Below are positions 57,265 through 64,000 of a DNA stretch of 64,000 nt, piece after piece. The notes beneath the pieces were generated by a model. The model was not told the origin of the DNA. It was given only the letters and a program-made list of their open reading frames with translations, and made no database searches. The position numbers and the translations under genes are program-made. This DNA comes from Lachnospiraceae bacterium (lineage in GTDB: Bacteria > Bacillota > Clostridia > Lachnospirales > Lachnospiraceae), in contig SVEY01000010.1 of the NCBI GenBank assembly GCA_015057165.1, positions 16,027 to 80,026 of the forward strand. Direction: 5' to 3'. The first letter of the stretch is position 1, and each line of letters begins with the position of its first letter.

Positions 57265-58038
57265 ATGAAAGAATATTTTAATCTAAAAGGACAAGTTGCA
57301 ATAGTTACAGGATGTTCAGGCGGACTAGGTGTACAGATGGCTAAAGCTTTAGCTAATCAAGGATGTACTATCGTTCCTATCGCTCGTCGTCTTGAGAAGC
57401 TTCAGGAAGTTGCTAAAGAATTGAATTCTGAATATGGCGTAGAAGCATATCCTATTCAATGCGACATAACTAACACTGCAAGAGTTGAGGAAGTTGTTGA
57501 CGAAGTACTTGAGAAATTTGGACGTATTGATATTGTAATAAACAATGCTGGTACAGGTGCTGTTGCTCCTGCAGAAGACATTACAGATGAACAGTTCGAC
57601 CACGAGTGCCAGATTGACTTATTTGGAACATTCAAGGTTGCAAGAGCTGTTGCTAAGAAGGCAATGATTCCTGCAAAATACGGTAGAATTATTAACATCG
57701 CCTCTATGTATGGTCTTGTTGGAAACAAAGTTGCAGGCTCTGCTCCATACCATGCTGCTAAGGGTGGTGTTGTTAACCTTACAAGAGCTCTCGCTGCTGA
57801 GTGGGGTAAATACGGAATTACTGTTAACGCAATCTGCCCAGGTTATTTCTATACACCACTTACTAAAGAAACACTTGATTCTGATTTCTTCCAGGCAAAT
57901 GCTAAGACAATGATTCCAGAAGAGAGATATGGTGAGGAAGGCGAGCTTGATACAGCTGCAATCTTCTTGGCATCACCTGCATCTACTTACGTAACAGGAA
58001 TCATGGTTCCAGTTGATGGTGGATATACTTGTATGTAA
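57265..58038 (+). CDS. SDR-family oxidoreductase (gluconate-5-dehydrogenase / 3-oxoacyl reductase-like)
   Basis: 257 aa. TGCSGGLG, NNAG and YHAAK motifs. Confidence 0.9.
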   Translation: MKEYFNLKGQVAIVTGCSGGLGVQMAKALANQGCTIVPIARRLEKLQEVAKELNSEYGVEAYPIQCDITNTARVEEVVDEVLEKFGRIDIVINNAGTGAVAPAEDITDEQFDHECQIDLFGTFKVARAVAKKAMIPAKYGRIINIASMYGLVGNKVAGSAPYHAAKGGVVNLTRALAAEWGKYGITVNAICPGYFYTPLTKETLDSDFFQANAKTMIPEERYGEEGELDTAAIFLASPASTYVTGIMVPVDGGYTCM

Positions 58039-58039
58039 A

Positions 58040-58154
58040 GTCGTAAGGAGGGACCCACGAAGTGGGAGGATGCCTTATGACAGCATTCCGAGCGCAGCTC
58101 GGTGCGTCTATAGTAGGCGATTCCTCATGCGAAGCATGGTGGATGCCTTACGAC
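58040..58154. other. GC-rich multi-hairpin element with a duplicated 14-mer
   Basis: GTCGTAAGG (58040-58048) is complementary to both CCTTATGAC (58073-58081) and CCTTACGAC (58146-58154). Internal hairpins: 58054-58066 (GAA loop), 58088-58102, and 58126-58138 (GAA loop). Confidence 0.4.
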
Positions 58155-58173
58155 CAGTAATGTAATATACAGT

Positions 58174-58396
58174 CACAAAAAAGAAAGATGCTCTTATAGA
58201 GATTAATTCGAGCTTAGGATATGTTAGTAATTGATTATATGAAGAAATTTTTCGACAGGACGTCGAAAAAAAGCGGACAGCATCACGATGATGCATTGTC
58301 CGCTGGTTTCTGTCAAGATGTTGCTTGACTAAAATATCAATTGCTTACATATCCTTAGTGAAGGATTACTCTATAGGAGCATCTTACTATTTTGTG
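58174..58396. repeat. Structured palindromic element, copy B; homologous to 3678-3929
   Basis: Long closing stem (AAGATGCTC.TATAGAG...AGCTTAGGATATGTTAGTAATTGAT pairing with ATCAATTGCTTACATATCCTTAG...CTCTATAGGAGCATCTT). Three apical hairpins at 58249-58267, 58273-58303 and 58312-58329. In the minus sense a T-tract follows the stem, so it is terminator-like. Confidence 0.6.
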
Positions 58397-58408
58397 AATG
58401 TACGGATA

Positions 58409-59161
58409 CTACTTAATGGTTCCTGAGATAATCTTATCATATACAGAGTCATGGGCCTGCATCTCTAGTGCATCAGGCAGTAGCTCTAAATCTATCTTCT
58501 CCCCATATCTTCGTTCTAGTGCTGTAGAGAGAATAAAATCGCATAACTTCGGATTCTTAGGAAGTACCGGCCCGTGAGAATATGTTCCGAATACATTGTT
58601 GTAGCGGACACCTTCCGTCATATCCTCACCATTGTTGCCACAACCTTTAATTATCTTGCCAAGAGGCTTGATGCCATCTGCAAGATAAGTTCTTCCACTG
58701 TGATTCTCATATCCAACTACAATTGAACCTCCAGATTCTTCTCCTAGTTCAAATGCATAATTATCAATCATACGATCCTTGCCACCGATGGTATGAAAAT
58801 CAACTGCTCCTAGGAACTCACAGCGAACACCTTCATGAGTCTCATAGTAGTGACCCATCATCTGATAGCCACCACATATACACAGGAATGTCTTGCCGTC
58901 TTCAACCGCTTTCTTAATCTCATTTCCTTTACCGGATTTTAGATCATTAAGCAAAACCTCTTGCTCAAAATCCTGTCCACCTCCAATAAAGAAGAGATCA
59001 AATTCACTCAAATCCAACTTATCACCGAGTCTACACTCAACAATATCCACATCTATCCCACGCCACTCTAAACGCTTCTTCATACATAGAATGTTTCCTC
59101 TGTCACCATAAAGGTTAAGAACCTCAGGATAAAGGTGACAAATCTTTAGTACTTTACTCAT
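58409..59161 (-). CDS. gatD: Lipid II isoglutaminyl synthase, glutaminase subunit GatD (CobQ-type GATase)
   Basis: ..LYGDRGN.., ..LCICGGYQ.. (catalytic Cys) and ..SHGP.. motifs. Immediately downstream of murT. Confidence 0.82.
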   Translation of the reverse strand: MSKVLKICHLYPEVLNLYGDRGNILCMKKRLEWRGIDVDIVECRLGDKLDLSEFDLFFIGGGQDFEQEVLLNDLKSGKGNEIKKAVEDGKTFLCICGGYQMMGHYYETHEGVRCEFLGAVDFHTIGGKDRMIDNYAFELGEESGGSIVVGYENHSGRTYLADGIKPLGKIIKGCGNNGEDMTEGVRYNNVFGTYSHGPVLPKNPKLCDFILSTALERRYGEKIDLELLPDALEMQAHDSVYDKIISGTIK

Positions 59162-59170
59162 ATTAATCAC

Positions 59171-60556
59171 CTATCCTTTCCAAAACTCTTCTGCACCTGT
59201 TACTTCAGCCAATGTTTTTCTAAGAGCCAACATGGATGTATAGTTAGGAAGCACAAACACTGGATACTTGGACTTCTTCATAACATTTACCAGATTATCC
59301 CATCCCTTGACTAACTCTATCTTCGATTCATCCATTCCACCATACTTAAGGCGAAGTGCAATATCTTCTGCTCTATCACCTGATACAATAATCTTACTTA
59401 AGGAATCATCTTCTGCAAGTCTCTCATATTCAGCATCCCATATCCATGAAATATCATGACCATCAGCAGTCTTATCATTAAGACAGATGACAGCTTCATA
59501 CTCATCTTCCATACTAGTCACATATGTAAGGGCCTGATTACAACCTGCAGGATTCTTAACAAGTATCATTTGAACATCAACACCATCTAAATCGAATGTC
59601 TCCATTCTTCCGAAACTACTACTTGTTACAGCAAGAGATTTGATAATGTCTTCCCTCTTAAAACCTGCTGCCGTATATGCACATACAGCTCCTACAGCAT
59701 TATATACATTGTATATGGCAGGAAGACTTATAAGAACATTTTCCTTATCAACATTATCAGAATCACGAAATTCCATGGTGACATCTGTACCCTTAATACT
59801 AAGCTTATTAACAGAAGTTACTGCTGTATTAGTTTTGCTTCTCTTGTAACCACATTTCGGACAATAGAATCCTCCCAGATGAGCATATGTATGATAATCA
59901 TACTTGTACTCAGTACCGCAATTAATGCAATACTTCGCATCTGATACTTCAGGCTCTTTCTGTTCTCCATATGGACAGTCAATTCCATAGTATACAACTT
60001 TGTTAGGAACATCATTTGCTAGACTAGCTGTTAGAGAACAATCTGCATTAAGACAAAGAATGCTCTCAGGGGCCTTCTTAACACCCATCCTAATCTGTTC
60101 TAAAGTGTGTGTGACTTCCCCATATCTATCAAGTTGATCTCTAAAGAGATTCGTAACAAGAATAACCTTAGGCTTAATAAGTGGAACAACCTGCTTAAGA
60201 GCACCCTCATCACATTCAATAATTGCATATTTCTTTCTTGGAATTCCCTTCCAATTAGCATTTGCACAGAACTCTGCAGTTACACCTTTAAGAAGATTGG
60301 CACCAGACTTATTAGCAAGCACCTCTACACCCGTTGACGAAAGAGCTTTCTCTAACATATTACAGGTTGTAGTCTTACCATTGGTTCCAGTTACAACAAT
60401 TATGTCCATATCTTTGGACACATCTGCTAGTATATTCTTATCAAAAAACATAGCCGCACTTCCCGGAAGTGTTGTACCTCCACTCTTTGCGACTCTAAGT
60501 GATGCCCTGGCGGCTTTGCAAGCAAAGACGCCAAGAACTGTCTTTATTGTACTCAA
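59171..60556 (-). CDS. murT: Lipid II isoglutaminyl synthase, Mur-ligase-like subunit MurT
   Basis: 461 aa. P-loop VTGTNGKTTT, a Cys4 ribbon CINCG...CPKCG and a DUF1727-like C-terminus. TTG start behind an AAAGGAG RBS. Confidence 0.85.
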   Translation of the reverse strand: MSTIKTVLGVFACKAARASLRVAKSGGTTLPGSAAMFFDKNILADVSKDMDIIVVTGTNGKTTTCNMLEKALSSTGVEVLANKSGANLLKGVTAEFCANANWKGIPRKKYAIIECDEGALKQVVPLIKPKVILVTNLFRDQLDRYGEVTHTLEQIRMGVKKAPESILCLNADCSLTASLANDVPNKVVYYGIDCPYGEQKEPEVSDAKYCINCGTEYKYDYHTYAHLGGFYCPKCGYKRSKTNTAVTSVNKLSIKGTDVTMEFRDSDNVDKENVLISLPAIYNVYNAVGAVCAYTAAGFKREDIIKSLAVTSSSFGRMETFDLDGVDVQMILVKNPAGCNQALTYVTSMEDEYEAVICLNDKTADGHDISWIWDAEYERLAEDDSLSKIIVSGDRAEDIALRLKYGGMDESKIELVKGWDNLVNVMKKSKYPVFVLPNYTSMLALRKTLAEVTGAEEFWKG

Positions 60557-60649
60557 TCTATTACTCCTTTAAAATTAAGTCCAGCCTACATAAGTTCAGT
60601 TTCATTAGGTAGAATTCGACCTATAGTTATTTGCTTTACAAATAACCAC

Positions 60650-62518
60650 TTACTCTACTGTAACAGACTTAGCAAGATTTCTAGGTTTATCAACATCGAG
60701 ACCTTTTGCAACACTTATATAATATCCCATAAGTTGAAGTGGAATTATAGCAATTGATGCTGCAAAATGATCGTCTACTCTAGGAACATATACTGCAAAA
60801 TCCACCGCATCTTCGATCTCATAATGGCCATATGTTGTAAGCCCCATAAGAAATGCACCACGTGATTTACATTCCACCATATTGCTAATTGTCTTCTCAT
60901 ATAATCCTGCCTGAGTTAGAACTCCAATAACAAGTATGTTGTCCTCAATCAAGCTTATTGTTCCATGCTTAAGTTCTCCGGCAGCATAAGCCTCTGAATG
61001 AATATACGATATCTCTTTCATCTTAAGGCTTCCTTCAAGAGAAATTGCATAATCAATTCCACGTCCCACAAAGAATACGTCTTTAGCATTAGCATATTTT
61101 GATGCGAACCATTGAATTCTATCTTTCTCATCTAGAACTTTGGAAATCTTCTCTGGAATAGTTTTAAGTTCATCAATTAGTTCATTGTATTTTCCTTCTT
61201 CTAATACACCACGAACTAATCCAAACTGCATTGCCAAAGTATATGCAGCAACAAGTTGTGCTGAATATGCTTTAGTAGTAGCAACAGATATCTCTGGACC
61301 TGCCAATGTGTAGAATACTCCATCTGATTCTCTAGCAATAGACGAACCTACTACATTTACAATACCAAGTGTCTTAATACCCTTCTTCTTAGCTTCTCTA
61401 ATTGCAGCAAGTGTATCAGCAGTCTCACCAGATTGTGAAATTGCAACGACTAGACCATTCGGATCAAGTGCCATCTTACGATATCTAAATTCTGAAGCAA
61501 GTTCAACTCTAACAGGTATGTTAGCTAAGTCCTCAAATACATATTGAGCAGCAACGCCAACATGCCATGCTGAACCACATGCAACTATATAGATCTGACT
61601 TACATCCTTAATATCATTGTCAGTTAACCCTATCTCTGAGAGGTCAATTTTACCGTCTTTTACAACAGAATTAATTGTATCCTCAACAGCTTTAGGTTGT
61701 TCATGAATTTCCTTCATCATGAAATGCTCATATCCACCCTTTTCAGCAGATTCTGCATCCCATTCAATCTCAACTCTTTCTTTATCAATTACATCGCCAT
61801 CAATATTGTAAAATTCAACATTTCCAGCAGTAACCTTTGCCATCTCCTGATTACCAATATAATATACGTCTCTTGTATATTTAAGAACTGCTGGTACATC
61901 TGACGCAACATAAGATTGTCCTTCATTAATTCCAATAATCATTGGAGAATCTTTACGTGCAACCCAAATCTCGTCAGGGTATTCTTTGAACATCAAAGCA
62001 AGGGCATATGAGCCACGAACTCTGACCATTGTCTTAGCGATGGCATCAACAGGACCTCCCTGATACTTATTATAATAGTAATCTACAAGTTTAACTGCTA
62101 TCTCAGTATCTGTATCAGAATATATCTTATAATCATGGCGAAGAAGCTTCTCCTTCAATTCCTGATAGTTCTCGATAATACCATTATGAACACCAACTAC
62201 ATTGGATTCATCAGTTGATGCCGCACCTTCAAACACATTTCCAGAAACATGAGGATGAGCATTAATTACAGATGGCTCTCCATGAGTTGCCCATCTTGTA
62301 TGGCCGATACCAATACAACCTTTTACAGCTTTACCATCATCAGTCATCTTGGATAGTTCTTTTAATCTTCCTTGGGCTTTAATTACATTGACCTTGCCAT
62401 CTTTACCTTTGACAGCAAGTCCTGCCGAATCATATCCTCTATATTCAAGCTTTGACAGTCCATCTAATAAAACTGGAGCTGCTTGATCTTTTCCAACAAA
62501 TCCTACTATTCCACACAT
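60650..62518 (-). CDS. glmS: Glutamine--fructose-6-phosphate aminotransferase
   Basis: 622 aa. N-terminal MCGIVG, SIS domains and C-terminal ..KPRNLAKSVTVE. Confidence 0.98.
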   Translation of the reverse strand: MCGIVGFVGKDQAAPVLLDGLSKLEYRGYDSAGLAVKGKDGKVNVIKAQGRLKELSKMTDDGKAVKGCIGIGHTRWATHGEPSVINAHPHVSGNVFEGAASTDESNVVGVHNGIIENYQELKEKLLRHDYKIYSDTDTEIAVKLVDYYYNKYQGGPVDAIAKTMVRVRGSYALALMFKEYPDEIWVARKDSPMIIGINEGQSYVASDVPAVLKYTRDVYYIGNQEMAKVTAGNVEFYNIDGDVIDKERVEIEWDAESAEKGGYEHFMMKEIHEQPKAVEDTINSVVKDGKIDLSEIGLTDNDIKDVSQIYIVACGSAWHVGVAAQYVFEDLANIPVRVELASEFRYRKMALDPNGLVVAISQSGETADTLAAIREAKKKGIKTLGIVNVVGSSIARESDGVFYTLAGPEISVATTKAYSAQLVAAYTLAMQFGLVRGVLEEGKYNELIDELKTIPEKISKVLDEKDRIQWFASKYANAKDVFFVGRGIDYAISLEGSLKMKEISYIHSEAYAAGELKHGTISLIEDNILVIGVLTQAGLYEKTISNMVECKSRGAFLMGLTTYGHYEIEDAVDFAVYVPRVDDHFAASIAIIPLQLMGYYISVAKGLDVDKPRNLAKSVTVE

Positions 62519-62645
62519 AATTTAATTCCTTTTCAAAACATTTATATATAGCATTAATAATATACCACAAATAGCAAAGTTATTGTATATTATTATTAAC
62601 AAAAATACTATCTACTTCAGCTGAATATTATGTCTAATTAGATGC

Positions 62646-63605
62646 TTACTCATCATAACCTTCACTAGTCTTTCTTATATTAGAATCAAATAGATAATTA
62701 AAGCCCTGCCAACTAAGGTCATTTCCTTTTACCTTAGACATTACTTCCTTCATGGTCTCAAGCTTCGCATCCATATCATCTGCGAAATTAAGGGCAATTG
62801 CTTCAGCTATAGACGGCTTCTTAGGTGAGCCATACTCATACTCCCCATGATGGGCCAAGATACAGTGTAACAATTCGTTCTTCTTAACTTCTGGAAAATC
62901 TTCTATCTGTCGCATACTATTAGATAGCAGGTTATACCCCATCACTATATGACCCAGCATCTGCCCAGCATCTGTATAGTCATTTTCAGGATAAGGAGAT
63001 AGTTCAGCAAGCTTTCCTATATCATGAAAAATTGCAGCCGTAAGGAGAAGATCCCTGTCCAAATAATCGTACTGCTTAGATATGAAATCACAGGTCTTTG
63101 TTACAGACAATGTATGCTCTAATAAACCACCTGCAAACCCATGATGAACTGACTTTGCTGCTGAGTGATAGCAGAATCTCTTCTTAAATGATTCATCCTT
63201 GACAAAATACATTTCTAGCAGCTTCTTCATATAAGGGGCTTTAATTGTTGCAATTATATTAAGAAGTTCGTTATACATTTCATTAACATTTTTGTCAGTA
63301 GTTGGTATGTAATCCTCTAGATTAATTGAGCCAGAATCAGCTACACGCAAACTGTTAATTGTTATCTGATTCTTGCCTTTATACTCTTTAATAACTCCTG
63401 AAACTTCAACATAATCCTTCTTATCAAACTCATTTATTCCTGGACTATTCACATCCCATATATTGCCTTCAAGTACACCTGTCTTATCTTGTAGTGTAAC
63501 AAGGAAATAGTCCGCTCCATTCTTAGTAGTGCCACTTCTCTTCTCTTTGCAAAGATACGTCTCTGTAATAGCATCTCCAACTTTTAAATCTTCTATGTAT
63601 TTCAT
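62646..63605 (-). CDS. yhaM: YhaM-like 3'-5' exoribonuclease (OB fold and HD domain)
   Basis: 319 aa. N-terminal OB fold (..TKNGADYFLVTLQDKTG..) and HD motifs (..IFHDIGK.., ..HHGEYEYGSPK..). Confidence 0.82.
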   Translation of the reverse strand: MKYIEDLKVGDAITETYLCKEKRSGTTKNGADYFLVTLQDKTGVLEGNIWDVNSPGINEFDKKDYVEVSGVIKEYKGKNQITINSLRVADSGSINLEDYIPTTDKNVNEMYNELLNIIATIKAPYMKKLLEMYFVKDESFKKRFCYHSAAKSVHHGFAGGLLEHTLSVTKTCDFISKQYDYLDRDLLLTAAIFHDIGKLAELSPYPENDYTDAGQMLGHIVMGYNLLSNSMRQIEDFPEVKKNELLHCILAHHGEYEYGSPKKPSIAEAIALNFADDMDAKLETMKEVMSKVKGNDLSWQGFNYLFDSNIRKTSEGYDE

Positions 63606-63638
63606 TTTTTTGCCTTTCTAATTATTAGTTTTCATACC

Positions 63639-63856
63639 TTATCTGCAATCATCCAATGCAGTTCCTATTATAGCATAGTGTTCGTCTATACTTGCACATT
63701 TGCGAAAGTTAAATGAAAAATTTCTTGGAGCAACAACGATTTCTTCATGATAAGAAAACTCCAAATCCAAGTTACGTCCAAAATATTCTTGTGTAATTCT
63801 AGCTTTATTTATATGTCATTCGCTCCAAGTTCTTTATAAAGTTCAGATTCGTTCAT
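63639..63856 (-). pseudogene. Possible frameshifted small gene
   Basis: AAGGAG RBS, then an ATG at 63856 that gives MNESELYKELGANDI and a stop. A protein-like frame, shifted by one register at an A-rich run, continues as ..NKARITQEYFGRNLDLEFSYHEEIVVAPRNFSFNFRKCASIDEHYAIIGTALDDCR to 63639. Confidence 0.3.
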
Positions 63857-63873
63857 ATATTAATGCTCCTTAA

Positions 63874-64000
63874 TCATTTTTTGAAGAGATACTTACCTTT
63901 ACCTTTTCCTTTAATTGGATAAATGAGTTCCGAGTCAATCATCTTCTTTATCAATTCCGATGCCGGAGACGCTGTGATCTCAAGTTCATTCATAACTTCC
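63874..64000 (-). CDS. C-terminal end of a protein with a wHTH tail; the 5' part lies outside the window
   Basis: My translation is ..EVMNELEITASPASELIKKMIDSELIYPIKGKGKGKYLFKK followed by a stop. This resembles the C-terminal winged-helix tail of AlbA_2/ATPase-type putative regulators. Confidence 0.4.
   Translation of the reverse strand, partial: EVMNELEITASPASELIKKMIDSELIYPIKGKGKGKYLFKK

Noticed and set aside
58108-58296. 62-aa minus-strand ORF in the SDR/gatD spacer
   Set aside because: It spans the GC-rich hairpin module and half of element copy B, and it has no RBS. The homologous copy A does not preserve a corresponding frame.
58174-58396. 6S RNA (long hairpin with a central bubble) as an explanation for element copy B
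   Set aside because: The apical region is three discrete hairpins rather than an open-promoter-like bubble. A sequence-homologous copy sits inside an operon at 3678-3929. A repeat or structured-module family fits better. This is not formally excluded without a covariance-model scan.
62519-62645. Looked for a glmS ribozyme upstream of glmS
   Set aside because: The spacer is only 127 nt. It is very AT-rich and lacks the conserved GC-containing core segments of the ribozyme. The element appears to be absent here, although a covariance-model scan would be the definitive test.
1-64000. Prophage, IS element, integrative element or known defence system somewhere in the window
   Set aside because: I recognised no integrase, transposase, recombinase, capsid/terminase, restriction-modification, Cas or other defence-signature proteins in any frame. 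The only mobile-like signals are the two non-coding palindromic elements.

Overview
The window looks like a low-GC Firmicutes chromosome segment, probably from a flagellated Clostridia or Lachnospiraceae-like organism. It is densely packed with about 60 protein genes, mostly on the minus strand. I found no rRNA, tRNA, CRISPR array, transposase, integrase or phage genes.

Recognisable content, by position:
- 1-8.5 kb: a sugar-catabolic locus whose gene set matches the published sulfoquinovose transaldolase (sulfo-TAL) pathway. It has two near-identical promoter/operator cassettes.
- Around 12 kb: rplM-rpsI and nfo.
- 14-19.4 kb: a two-component system divergent from a VTC-domain / DUF4956 / beta-helix lipoprotein operon.
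- 19.4-25.8 kb: a signalling operon (hybrid histidine kinase, NYN-like protein, HD hydrolase, REC-GGDEF*-EAL protein).
- 27.5-34 kb: cdd, deoC, valS and three glycosyltransferase-type genes.
- 34-36 kb: comFC and a yvyF-like gene.
- 38-47 kb: recD2, flagellar rod genes, mreB/mbl, and an operon pairing a methyl-accepting chemotaxis protein with a substrate-binding protein.
- 47-53 kb: uvrA, gpsA, putP.
- 52.8-57 kb: a TPP-riboswitch-controlled thiD-thiW-thiC-thiE/thiM operon.
- 57-64 kb: an SDR gene, murT/gatD, glmS, yhaM.

The least explained signals are:
- (a) Two homologous, roughly 220-250 bp highly structured palindromic elements (3678-3929 and 58174-58396) whose internal hairpins differ by compensatory changes.
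- (b) A 29-bp palindromic operator duplicated at identical geometry on two sigma-A promoters.
- (c) A single-polypeptide wHTH-GHKL-STAS(DUF4325) gene preceded by 21-bp-phased iteron-like repeats.
- (d) The uncharacterised VTC / DUF4956 / beta-helix cluster with a direct-repeat box for its neighbouring response regulator.

All family calls come from motif recognition by eye; no database search or folding program was run. Hand-counted motif coordinates may be off by 1-2 nt.
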